Of a stretch of 64,000 nucleotides of DNA, positions 1 to 14,200 are shown piece by piece. Source of the DNA: the human T2T-CHM13v2.0 reference genome, Homo sapiens; assembly GCF_009914755.1 (NCBI RefSeq), contig NC_060939.1, one strand, 5' to 3'. Each line of letters starts with the position of its first letter. The first letter of the stretch is position 1. Both the position numbers and the translations under genes were made by a program. Under the pieces are notes generated by a model that searched no databases, was not told the origin of the DNA, and was given only the letters and a program-made list of their open reading frames with translations.

Positions 1-3000
1 ATTCCATTCCATTCGATTCCATTCCATACTATTGCATTCCATTCGATTACATTATATTCGAATAAGTTCCATTCAAGACCATTTCTTTTGAGTCCATTCT
101 ATTTGAGTCCATTCCCTTTGATTCCATAACATTTGAGTCCATTCAATTCCATTCCTTTCGTTTCCATTCCATTTGATGCCATTCCATTCAATTCTGTTCT
201 ACTCGACTCCAATACATTCAATTCCATTCCATCCGATTCCATTACATTCTTTTCATTTCTTATCCATTTCAAGCCATTCCACTCCATTCCATTCCACTCG
301 TTTCCTTTCCATTCGAGTCCATTCCTCTCCAGTCCATTCCGTTCAATCCATTCCATTCCAGTCCATTCCATTCGAGTCCGTTCCATTCCAGTCCATTCCA
401 TTCGAGTCAATTCCATTCCAATCGATGTCTTTCCATAACGATCCATTCCATTCTATTCCTTTCGATTCCATTCCATTCTATTTCATTCCATTCGATTCCC
501 TTCCATTGGACTCCTTTCCATTCGAGTGCATTCCATTCCGTTCCATTTCTTTCCGTTCTGTACGATTCCTACCGTTCGATTTCATTTTCTTCCAGTCCAT
601 TCTTTCGCGTCCATTCCATTCCATTTCACTCCATTCGATTCCATTCCACTCGATTCCACTTCGTTCCATTTCATTGCATTCCATTCTATTCAACTCTATT
701 GCCTTCCATTCCATTCCATTCGATTACATTCCATGCGATTCCATTCGAAATCGAATCAATTACATTGCAATCCATTACTATTGAGTCCGTTTTATTCCAG
801 TCCACTGCATTCTGGTCCATTCCATTTGATTCCATTCCATTCTATTCCATTCCATACAGTTGCATTCCATTGGATTCCATGCTATATCTATAAATTCAAT
901 TCGAGACCATTGCTTTTGAGTCCATTCTATATGATTCCATTCCATTCAAGTCCATTACATTTGGTTCAATTCCATTCCATTCGGTTCAATTCCATTCCAT
1001 TCCATTCCCTTCCATTCCATTCCAGTTGATATCAATCCATTCAATTCCATTCCATTCGAGCACATTCCATTCGAGTCCATTCCATTCGATGCCATTCCAT
1101 TTGATTCTATTCCATTAGTCTCCATTCAATTCCATTAATCTCCATTCCATTCCATTCTACTCCAACTGATTCCATTCCATTCTATTCCTTTCCATTCCAT
1201 TTCATTCCATTCCATTCCATTGCATTCCATTCCATTCCATTCCATTCGTGTCCATTCCACTGCAGTCCATTCCATTCGTATCCATTCCATTCCAGTCCAT
1301 TCCATTTGTGTCCACTGCATTCCATTCCACTCCATTCCATATTATTCCATTACACTCCATTCCATTCTATTACTTTCATTTCCATTCAATTCCATTCCAT
1401 TTGATTCCATTCCACTCGGTTTCATTCCATTTGAGTCCACTCCATTCCATTCCATTCCATTCAGTTCCATTCCATTCTGTTCCATTCCATTCCGTTCCAT
1501 TACATTCCATTCCATTCGGTACCATTCCATATTGTTCCATTCGATTCCATTCGAATCCATTCCATTCCAGTCCATTCCATTCGATTCCATTCCATTCATT
1601 TCAATTCCATTCCATTCCATTCCATTACATTCCACTTGATTCCTCTCCATTCCCTTCCACTGCATTCCGTTCGATTCCATTCCATTGCATTGCATTCCAT
1701 TCCATTGGATTGCATTCCATTCGATTCCATTCCATTCGAATCAATTACGTAGCAATCCATTACATTCGAGTCTATTCTCTTCCGTTCCATTCGATTTCGT
1801 TCCAATCCATTCGATTCCATTCCATTCGATTCCATTCCATACTATTGCATTCCATTCGATTACATTATATTCGAATAAGTTCCATTCAAGACCATTTCTT
1901 TTGAGTCCATTCTATTTGAGTCCATTCCCTTTGATTCCATAACATTTGAGTCCATTCAATTCCATTCCTTTCGTTTCCATTCCATTTGATGCCATTCCAT
2001 TCAATTCTGTTCTACTCGACTCCAATACATTCAATTCCATTCCATCCGATTCCATTACATTCTTTTCATTTCTTATCCATTTCAAGCCATTCCACTCCAT
2101 TCCATTCCACTCGTTTCCTTTCCATTCGAGTCCATTCCTCTCCAGTCCATTCCGTTCAATCCATTCCATTCCAGTCCATTCCATTCGAGTCCGTTCCATT
2201 CCAGTCCATTCCATTCGAGTCAATTCCATTCCATTCGATGTCTTTCCATAACGATCCATTCCATTCTATTCCTTTCGATTCCATTCCATTCTATTTCATT
2301 CCATTCGATTCCCTTCCATTGGACTCCTTTCCATTCGAGTGCATTCCATTCCGTTCCATTTCTTTCCGTTCTGTACGATTCCTACCGTTCGATTTCATTT
2401 TCTTCCAGTCCATTCTTTCGCGTCCATTCCATTCCATTTCACTCCATTCGATTCCATTCCACTCGATTCCACTTCGTTCCATTTCATTGCATTCCATTCT
2501 ATTCAACTCTATTGCCTTCCATTCCATTCCATTCGATTACATTCCATGCGATTCCATTCGAAATCGAATCAATTACATTGTAATCCATTACTATTGAGTC
2601 CGTTTTATTCCAGTCCACTGCATTCTGGTCCATTCCATTTGATTCCATTCCATTCTATTCCATTCCATACAGTTGCATTCCATTGGATTCCATGCTATAT
2701 CTATAAATTCAATTCGAGACCATTGCTTTTGAGTCCATTCTATATGATTCCATTCCATTCAAGTCCATTACATTTGGTTAAATTCCATTCCATTCGGTTC
2801 AATTCCATTCCATTCCATTCCCTTCCATTCCATTCCAGTTGATATCAATCCATTCGATTCCATTCCATTCGAGCACATTCCATTCGAGTCCATTCCATTC
2901 GATGCCATTCCATTTGATTCTATTCCATTAGTCTCCATTCAATTCCATTAATCTCCATTCCATTCCATTCTACTCCAACTGATTCCATTCCATTCTATTC

Positions 3001-6000
3001 CTTTCCATTCCATTTCATTCCATTCCATTCCATTGCATTCCATTCCATTCCATTCCATTCGTGTCCATTCCACTCCAGTCCATTCCATTCGTATCCATTC
3101 CATTCCAGTCCATTCCATTAGTGTCCACTGCATTCCATTCCACTCCATTCCATATTATTCCATTACACTCCATTCCATTCTATTACTTTCATTTCCATTC
3201 AATTCCATTCCATTTGATTCCATTCCACTCGGTTTCATTCCATTTGAGTCCACTCCATTCCATTCCATTCCATTCAGTTCCATTCCATTCTGTTCCATTC
3301 CATTCCGTTCCATTACATTCCATTCCATTCGGTACCATTCCATATTGTTCCATTCGATTCCATTCGAATCCATTCCATTCCAGTCCATTCCATTCGATTC
3401 CATTCCATTCATTTCAATTCCATTCCATTCCATTCCATTACATTCCACTTGATTCCTCTCCATTCCCTTCCACTGCATTCCGTTCGATTCCATTCCATTG
3501 CATTGCATTCCATTCCATTGGATTGCATTCCATTCGATTCCATTCCATTCGAATCAATTACATAGCAATCCATTACATTCGAGTCTATTCTCTTCCGTTC
3601 CATTCGATTTCGTTCCAATCCATTCGAATCCATTCCATTCGATTCCATTCCATACTATTGCATTCCATTCGATTACATTATATTCGAATAAGTTCCATTC
3701 AAGACCATTTCTTTTGAGTCCATTCTATTTGAGTCCATTCCCTTTGATTCCATAACATTTGAGTCCATTCAATTCCATTCCTTTCGTTTCCATTCCATTT
3801 GATGCCATTCCATTCAATTCTGTTCTACTCGACTCCAATACATTCAATTCCATTCCATCCGATTCCATTACATTCTTTTCATTCCTTATCCATTTCAAGC
3901 CATTCCACTCCATTCCATTCCACTCGTTTCCTTTCCATTCGAGTCCATTCCTCTCCAGTCCATTCCGTTCAATCCATTCCATTCCAGTCCATTCCATTCG
4001 AGTCCGTTCCATTCCAGTCCATTCCATTCGAGTCAATTCCATTCCATTCGATGTCTTTCCATAACGATCCATTCCATTCTATTCCTTTCGATTCCATTCC
4101 ATTCTATTTCATTCCATTCGATTCCCTTCCATTGGACTCCTTTCCATTCGAGTGCATTCCATTCCGTTCCATTTCTTTCCGTTCTGTACGATTCCTACCG
4201 TTCGATTTCATTTTCTTCCAGTCCATTCTTTCGCGTCCATTCCATTCCATTTCACTCCATTCGATTCCATTCCACTCGATTCCACTTCGTTCCATTTCAT
4301 TGCATTCCATTCTATTCAACTCTATTGCCTTCCATTCCATTCCATTCGATTACATTCCATGCGATTCCATTCGAAATCGAATCAATTACATTGCAATCCA
4401 TTACTATTGAGTCCGTTTTATTCCAGTCCACTGCATTCTGGTCCATTCCATTTGATTCCATTCCATTCTATTCCATTCCATACAGTTGCATTCCATTGGA
4501 TTCCATGCTATATCTATAAATTCAATTCGAGACCACTGCTTTTGAGTCCATTCTATATGATTCCATTCCATTCAAGTCCATTACATTTGGTTAAATTCCA
4601 TTCCATTCGGTTCAATTCCATTCCATTCCATTCCCTTCCATTCCATTCCAGTTGATATCAATCCATTCGATTCCATTCCATTCGAGCACATTCCATTCGA
4701 GTCCATTCCATTCGATGCCATTCCATTTGATTCTATTCCATTAGTCTCCATTCAATTCCATTAATCTCCATTCCATTCCATTCTACTCCAACTGATTCCA
4801 TTCCATTCTATTCCTTTTTATTCCATTTCATTCCATTGCATTCCATTCCATTCCATTCCATTCGTGTCCATTCCACTCCAGTCCATTCCATTCGTATCCA
4901 TTCCATTCCAGTCCATTCCATTTGTGTCCACTGCATTCCATTCCACTCCATTCCATATTATTCCATTACACTCCATTCCATTCTATTACTTTCATTTCCA
5001 TTCAATTCCATTCCATTTGATTCCATTCCACTCGGTTTCATTCCATTTGAGTCCACTCCATTCCATTCCATTCCATTCAGTTCCATTCCATTCTGTTCCA
5101 TTCCATTCCGTTCCATTACATTCCATTCCATTCGGTACCATTCCATATTGTTCCATTCGATTCCATTCGAATCCATTCCATTCCAGTCCATTCCATTCGA
5201 TTCCATTCCATTCATTTCAATTCCATTCCATTCCATTCCATTACATTCCACTTGATTCCTCTCCATTCCCTTCCACTGCATTCCGTTCGATTCCATTCCA
5301 TTGCATTGCATTCCATTCCATTGGATTGCATTCCATTCGATTCCATTCCATTCGAATCAATTACATAGCAATCCATTACATTCGAGTCTATTCTCTTCCG
5401 TTCCATTCGATTTCGTTCCAATCCATTCGATTCCATTCCATTCGATTCCATTCCATACTATTGCATTCCATTCGATTACATTATATTCGAATAAGTTCCA
5501 TTCAAGACCATTTCTTTTGAGTCCATTCTATTTGAGTCCATTCCCTTTGATTCCATAACATTTGAGTCCATTCAATTCCATTCCTTTCGTTTCCATTCCA
5601 TTTGATGCCATTCCATTCAATTCTGTTCTACTCGACTCCAATACATTCAATTCCATTCCATCCGATTCCATTACATTCTTTTCATTTCTTATCCATTTCA
5701 AGCCATTCCACTCCATTCCATTCCACTCGTTTCCTTTCCATTCGAGTCCATTCCTCTCCAGTCCATTCCGTTCAATCCATTCCATTCCAGTCCATTCCAT
5801 TCGAGTCCGTTCCATTCCAGTCCATTCCATTCGAGTCAATTCCATTCCAATCGATGTCTTTCCATAACGATCCATTCCATTCTATTCCTTTCGATTCCAT
5901 TCCATTCTATTTCATTCCATTCGATTCCCTTCCATTGGACTCCTTTCCATTCGAGTGCATTCCATTCCGTTCCATTTCTTTCCGTTCTGTACGATTCCTA

Positions 6001-9000
6001 CCGTTCGATTTCATTTTCTTCCAGTCCATTCTTTCGCGTCCATTCCATTCCATTTCACTCCATTCGATTCCATTCCACTCGATTCCACTTCGTTCCATTT
6101 CATTGCATTCCATTCTATTCAACTCTATTGCCTTCCATTCCATTCCATTCGATTACATTCCATGCGATTCCATTCGAAATCGAATCAATTACATTGCAAT
6201 CCATTACTATTGAGTCCGTTTTATTCCAGTCCACTGCATTCTGGTCCATTCCATTTGATTCCATTCCATTCTATTCCATTCCATACAGTTGCATTCCATT
6301 GGATTCCATGCTATATCTATAAATTCAATTCGAGACCATTGCTTTTGAGTCCATTCTATATGATTCCATTCCATTCAAGTCCATTACATTTGGTTCAATT
6401 CCATTCCATTCGGTTCAATTCCATTCCATTCCATTCCCTTCCATTCCATTCCAGTTGATATCAATCCATTCAATTCCATTCCATTCGAGCACATTCCATT
6501 CGAGTCCATTCCATTCGATGCCATTCCATTTGATTCTATTCCATTAGTCTCCATTCAATTCCATTAATCTCCATTCCATTCCATTCTACTCCAACTGATT
6601 CCATTCCATTCTATTCCTTTCCATTCCATTTCATTCCATTCCATTCCATTGCATTCCATTCCATTCCATTCCATTCGTGTCCATTCCACTGCAGTCCATT
6701 CCATTCGTATCCATTCCATTCCAGTCCATTCCATTTGTGTCCACTGCATTCCATTCCACTCCATTCCATATTATTCCATTACACTCCATTCCATTCTATT
6801 ACTTTCATTTCCATTCAATTCCATTCCATTTGATTCCATTCCACTCGGTTTCATTCCATTTGAGTCCACTCCATTCCATTCCATTCCATTCAGTTCCATT
6901 CCATTCTGTTCCATTCCATTCCGTTCCATTACATTCCATTCCATTCGGTACCATTCCATATTGTTCCATTCGATTCCATTCGAATCCATTCCATTCCAGT
7001 CCATTCCATTCGATTCCATTCCATTCATTTCAATTCCATTCCATTCCATTCCATTACATTCCACTTGATTCCTCTCCATTCCCTTCCACTGCATTCCGTT
7101 CGATTCCATTCCATTGCATTGCATTCCATTCCATTGGATTGCATTCCATTCGATTCCATTCCATTCGAATCAATTACGTAGCAATCCATTACATTCGAGT
7201 CTATTCTCTTCCGTTCCATTCGATTTCGTTCCAATCCATTCGATTCCATTCCATTCGATTCCATTCCATACTATTGCATTCCATTCGATTACATTATATT
7301 CGAATAAGTTCCATTCAAGACCATTTCTTTTGAGTCCATTCTATTTGAGTCCATTCCCTTTGATTCCATAACATTTGAGTCCATTCAATTCCATTCCTTT
7401 CGTTTCCATTCCATTTGATGCCATTCCATTCAATTCTGTTCTACTCGACTCCAATACATTCAATTCCATTCCATCCGATTCCATTACATTCTTTTCATTT
7501 CTTATCCATTTCAAGCCATTCCACTCCATTCCATTCCACTCGTTTCCTTTCCATTCGAGTCCATTCCTCTCCAGTCCATTCCGTTCAATCCATTCCATTC
7601 CAGTCCATTCCATTCGAGTCCGTTCCATTCCAGTCCATTCCATTCGAGTCAATTCCATTCCATTCGATGTCTTTCCATAACGATCCATTCCATTCTATTC
7701 CTTTCGATTCCATTCCATTCTATTTCATTCCATTCGATTCCCTTCCATTGGACTCCTTTCCATTCGAGTGCATTCCATTCCGTTCCATTTCTTTCCGTTC
7801 TGTACGATTCCTACCGTTCGATTTCATTTTCTTCCAGTCCATTCTTTCGCGTCCATTCCATTCCATTTCACTCCATTCGATTCCATTCCACTCGATTCCA
7901 CTTCGTTCCATTTCATTGCATTCCATTCTATTCAACTCTATTGCCTTCCATTCCATTCCATTCGATTACATTCCATGCGATTCCATTCGAAATCGAATCA
8001 ATTACATTGTAATCCATTACTATTGAGTCCGTTTTATTCCAGTCCACTGCATTCTGGTCCATTCCATTTGATTCCATTCCATTCTATTCCATTCCATACA
8101 GTTGCATTCCATTGGATTCCATGCTATATCTATAAATTCAATTCGAGACCATTGCTTTTGAGTCCATTCTATATGATTCCATTCCATTCAAGTCCATTAC
8201 ATTTGGTTAAATTCCATTCCATTCGGTTCAATTCCATTCCATTCCATTCCCTTCCATTCCATTCCAGTTGATATCAATCCATTCGATTCCATTCCATTCG
8301 AGCACATTCCATTCGAGTCCATTCCATTCGATGCCATTCCATTTGATTCTATTCCATTAGTCTCCATTCAATTCCATTAATCTCCATTCCATTCCATTCT
8401 ACTCCAACTGATTCCATTCCATTCTATTCCTTTCCATTCCATTTCATTCCATTCCATTCCATTGCATTCCATTCCATTCCATTCCATTCGTGTCCATTCC
8501 ACTCCAGTCCATTCCATTCGTATCCATTCCATTCCAGTCCATTCCATTAGTGTCCACTGCATTCCATTCCACTCCATTCCATATTATTCCATTACACTCC
8601 ATTCCATTCTATTACTTTCATTTCCATTCAATTCCATTCCATTTGATTCCATTCCACTCGGTTTCATTCCATTTGAGTCCACTCCATTCCATTCCATTCC
8701 ATTCAGTTCCATTCCATTCTGTTCCATTCCATTCCGTTCCATTACATTCCATTCCATTCGGTACCATTCCATATTGTTCCATTCGATTCCATTCGAATCC
8801 ATTCCATTCCAGTCCATTCCATTCGATTCCATTCCATTCATTTCAATTCCATTCCATTCCATTCCATTACATTCCACTTGATTCCTCTCCATTCCCTTCC
8901 ACTGCATTCCGTTCGATTCCATTCCATTGCATTGCATTCCATTCCATTGGATTGCATTCCATTCGATTCCATTCCATTCGAATCAATTACATAGCAATCC

Positions 9001-11270
9001 ATTACATTCGAGTCTATTCTCTTCCGTTCCATTCGATTTCGTTCCAATCCATTCGAATCCATTCCATTCGATTCCATTCCATACTATTGCATTCCATTCG
9101 ATTACATTATATTCGAATAAGTTCCATTCAAGACCATTTCTTTTGAGTCCATTCTATTTGAGTCCATTCCCTTTGATTCCATAACATTTGAGTCCATTCA
9201 ATTCCATTCCTTTCGTTTCCATTCCATTTGATGCCATTCCATTCAATTCTGTTCTACTCGACTCCAATACATTCAATTCCATTCCATCCGATTCCATTAC
9301 ATTCTTTTCATTCCTTATCCATTTCAAGCCATTCCACTCCATTCCATTCCACTCGTTTCCTTTCCATTCGAGTCCATTCCTCTCCAGTCCATTCCGTTCA
9401 ATCCATTCCATTCCAGTCCATTCCATTCGAGTCCGTTCCATTCCAGTCCATTCCATTCGAGTCAATTCCATTCCATTCGATGTCTTTCCATAACGATCCA
9501 TTCCATTCTATTCCTTTCGATTCCATTCCATTCTATTTCATTCCATTCGATTCCCTTCCATTGGACTCCTTTCCATTCGAGTGCATTCCATTCCGTTCCA
9601 TTTCTTTCCGTTCTGTACGATTCCTACCGTTCGATTTCATTTTCTTCCAGTCCATTCTTTCGCGTCCATTCCATTCCATTTCACTCCATTCGATTCCATT
9701 CCACTCGATTCCACTTCGTTCCATTTCATTGCATTCCATTCTATTCAACTCTATTGCCTTCCATTCCATTCCATTCGATTACATTCCATGCGATTCCATT
9801 CGAAATCGAATCAATTACATTGCAATCCATTACTATTGAGTCCGTTTTATTCCAGTCCACTGCATTCTGGTCCATTCCATTTGATTCCATTCCATTCTAT
9901 TCCATTCCATACAGTTGCATTCCATTGGATTCCATGCTATATCTATAAATTCAATTCGAGACCACTGCTTTTGAGTCCATTCTATATGATTCCATTCCAT
10001 TCAAGTCCATTACATTTGGTTAAATTCCATTCCATTCGGTTCAATTCCATTCCATTCCATTCCCTTCCATTCCATTCCAGTTGATATCAATCCATTCGAT
10101 TCCATTCCATTCGAGCACATTCCATTCGAGTCCATTCCATTCGATGCCATTCCATTTGATTCTATTCCATTAGTCTCCATTCAATTCCATTAATCTCCAT
10201 TCCATTCCATTCTACTCCAACTGATTCCATTCCATTCTATTCCTTTTTATTCCATTTCATTCCATTGCATTCCATTCCATTCCATTCCATTCGTGTCCAT
10301 TCCACTCCAGTCCATTCCATTCGTATCCATTCCATTCCAGTCCATTCCATTTGTGTCCACTGCATTCCATTCCACTCCATTCCATATTATTCCATTACAC
10401 TCCATTCCATTCTATTACTTTCATTTCCATTCAATTCCATTCCATTTGATTCCATTCCACTCGGTTTCATTCCATTTGAGTCCACTCCATTCCATTCCAT
10501 TCCATTCAGTTCCATTCCATTCTGTTCCATTCCATTCCGTTCCATTACATTCCATTCCATTCGGTACCATTCCATATTGTTCCATTCGATTCCATTCGAA
10601 TCCATTCCATTCCAGTCCATTCCATTCGATTCCATTCCATTCATTTCAATTCCATTCCATTCCATTCCATTACATTCCACTTGATTCCTCTCCATTCCCT
10701 TCCACTGCATTCCGTTCGATTCCATTCCATTGCATTGCATTCCATTCCATTGGATTGCATTCCATTCGATTCCATTCCATTCGAATCAATTACATAGCAA
10801 TCCATTACATTCGAGTCTATTCTCTTCCGTTCCATTCGATTTCGTTCCAATCCATTCGATTCCATTCCATTCGATTCCATTCCATACTATTGCATTCCAT
10901 TCGATTACATTATATTCGAATAAGTTCCATTCAAGACCATTTCTTTTGAGTCCATTCTATTTGAGTCCATTCCCTTTGATTCCATAACATTTGAGTCCAT
11001 TCAATTCCATTCCTTTCGTTTCCATTCCATTTGATGCCATTCCATTCAATTCTGTTCTACTCGACTCCAATACATTCAATTCCATTCCATCCGATTCCAT
11101 TACATTCTTTTCATTTCTTATCCATTTCAAGCCATTCCACTCCATTCCATTCCACTCGTTTCCTTTCCATTCGAGTCCATTCCTCTCCAGTCCATTCCGT
11201 TCAATCCATTCCATTCCAGTCCATTCCATTCGAGTCCGTTCCATTCCAGTCCATTCCATTCGAGTCAATT
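1..11270 (+). repeat. Recent tandem duplication of a 3-unit block (period 5429 bp = 1813+1813+1803)
   Basis: Rare variants recur exactly 5429 bp apart: A at 421/5850, G at 1262/6691, T at 2581/8010, C at 4536/9965. The left end may lie outside the window. Confidence 0.9.
1518..1523. other. Once-per-unit KpnI site (GGTACC), representative copy; suggests the D15Z1 / chr15p 1.8-kb KpnI satellite III family
   Basis: TTCGGTACCATT occurs once per unit (e.g. 1518, 3331, 57913, 61495). A 1.8-kb KpnI-periodic satellite III is the classical definition of D15Z1. The site is seen directly; the locus assignment is inferred and was not checked by alignment. Confidence 0.7.
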
Positions 11271-14200
11271 CCATTCCATTCGATGTCTTTCCATAACGAT
11301 CCATTCCATTCTATTCCTTTCGATTCCATTCCATTCTATTTCATTCCATTCGATTCCCTTCCATTGGACTCCTTTCCATTCGAGTGCATTCCATTCCGTT
11401 CCATTTCTTTCCGTTCTGTACGATTCCTACCGTTCGATTTCATTTTCTTCCAGTCCATTCTTTCGCGTCCATTCCATTCCATTTCACTCCATTCGATTCC
11501 ATTCCACTCGATTCCACTTCGTTCCATTTCATTGCATTCCATTCTATTCAACTCTATTGCCTTCCATTCCATTCCATTCGATTACATTCCATGCGATTCC
11601 ATTCGAAATCGAATCAATTACATTGCAATCCATTACTATTGAGTCCGTTTTATTCCAGTCCACTGCATTCTGGTCCATTCCATTTGATTCCATTCCATTC
11701 TATTCCATTCCATACAGTTGCATTCCATTGGATTCCATGCTATATCTATAAATTCAATTCGAGACCATTGCTTTTGAGTCCATTCTATATGATTCCATTC
11801 CATTCAAGTCCATTACATTTGGTTAAATTCCATTCCATTCGGTTCAATTCCATTCCATTCCATTCCCTTCCATTCCATTCCAGTTGATATCAATCCATTC
11901 GATTCCATTCCATTCGAGCACATTCCATTCGAGTCCATTCCATTCGATGCCATTCCATTTGATTCTATTCCATTAGTCTCCATTCAATTCCATTAATCTC
12001 CATTCCATTCCATTCTACTCCAACTGATTCCATTCCATTCTATTCCTTTCCATTCCATTTCATTCCATTCCATTCCATTGCATTCCATTCCATTCCATTC
12101 CATTCGTGTCCATTCCACTCCAGTCCATTCCATTCGTATCCATTCCATTCCAGTCCATTCCATTTGTGTCCACTGCATTCCATTCCACTCCATTCCATAT
12201 TATTCCATTACACTCCATTCCATTCTATTACTTTCATTTCCATTCAATTCCATTCCATTTGATTCCATTCCACTCGGTTTCATTCCATTTCAGTCCACTC
12301 CATTCCATTCCATTCCATTCAGTTCCATTCCATTCTGTTCCATTCCATTCCGTTCCATTACATTCCATTCCATTCGGTACCATTCCATATTGTTCCATTC
12401 GATTCCATTCGAATCCATTCCATTCCAGTCCATTCCATTCGATTCCATTCCATTCATTTCAATTCCATTCCATTCCATTCCATTACATTCCACTTGATTC
12501 CTCTCCATTCCCTTCCACTGCATTCCGTTCGATTCCATTCCATTGCATTGCATTCCATTCCATTGGATTGCATTCCATTCGATTCCATTCCATTCGAATC
12601 AATTACATAGCAATCCATTACATTCGAGTCTATTCTCTTCCGTTCCATTCGATTTCGTTCCAATCCATTCGATTCCATTCCATTCGATTCCATTCCATAC
12701 TATTGCATTCCATTCGATTACATTATATTCGAATAAGTTCCATTCAAGACCATTTCTTTTGAGTCCATTCTATTTGAGTCCATTCCCTTTGATTCCATAA
12801 CATTTGAGTCCATTCAATTCCATTCCTTTCGTTTCCATTCCATTTGATGCCATTCCATTCAATTCTGTTCTACTCGACTCCAATACATTCAATTCCATTC
12901 CATCCGATTCCATTACATTCTTTTCATTTCTTATCCATTTCAAGCCATTCCACTCCATTCCATTCCACTCGTTTCCTTTCCATTCGAGTCCATTCCTCTC
13001 CAGTCCATTCCGTTCAATCCATTCCATTCCAGTCCATTCCATTCGAGTCCGTTCCATTCCAGTCCATTCCATTCGAGTCAATTCCATTCCATTCGATGTC
13101 TTTCCATAACGATCCATTCCATTCTATTCCTTTCGATTCCATTCCATTCTATTTCATTCCATTCGATTCCCTTCCATTGGACTCCTTTCCATTCGAGTGC
13201 ATTCCATTCCGTTCCATTTCTTTCCGTTCTGTACGATTCCTACCGTTCGATTTCATTTTCTTCCAGTCCATTCTTTCGCGTCCATTCCATTCCATTTCAC
13301 TCCATTCGATTCCATTCCACTCGATTCCACTTCGTTCCATTTCATTGCATTCCATTCTATTCAACTCTATTGCCTTCCATTCCATTCCATTCGATTACAT
13401 TCCATGCGATTCCATTCGAAATCGAATCAATTACATTGCAATCCATTACTATTGAGTCCGTTTTATTCCAGTCCACTGCATTCTGGTCCATTCCATTTGA
13501 TTCCATTCCATTCTATTCCATTCCATACAGTTGCATTCCATTGGATTCCATGCTATATCTATAAATTCAATTCGAGACCATTGCTTTTGAGTCCATTCTA
13601 TATGATTCCATTCCATTCAAGTCCATTACATTTGGTTAAATTCCATTCCATTCGGTTCAATTCCATTCCATTCCATTCCCTTCCATTCCATTCCAGTTGA
13701 TATCAATCCATTCGATTCCATTCCATTCGAGCACATTCCATTCGAGTCCATTCCATTCGATGCCATTCCATTTGATTCTATTCCATTAGTCTCCATTCAA
13801 TTCCATTAATCTCCATTCCATTCCATTCTACTCCAACTGATTCCATTCCATTCTATTCCTTTCCATTCCATTTCATTCCATTCCATTCCATTCCATTCCA
13901 TTCCATTCCATTCGTGTCCATTCCACTCCAGTCCATTCCATTCGTATCCATTCCATTCCAGTCCATTCCATTTGTGTCCACTGCATTCCATTCCACTCCA
14001 TTCCATATTATTCCATTACACTCCATTCCATTCTATTACTTTCATTTCCATTCAATTCCATTCCATTTGATTCCATTCCACTCGGTTTCATTCCATTTGA
14101 GTCCACTCCATTCCATTCCATTCCATTCAGTTCCATTCCATTCTGTTCCATTCCATTCCGTTCCATTACATTCCATTCCATTCGGTACCATTCCATATTG

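Noticed and set aside
55-70. Palindrome TATTCGAATA / possible heat-shock element (TTCGAATAAGTTC)
   Set aside because: The spacing does not match the inverted nGAAn array (TTCnnGAAnnTTC). A 10-bp palindrome is too short to support a structure claim.
747-760. DUX4-like motif (AAATCGAATCA) and homeodomain TAATCC variant at 2581/8010
   Set aside because: The first is mismatched to the TAAYYYAATCA consensus. Short motifs like these arise easily by single changes in this repeat.
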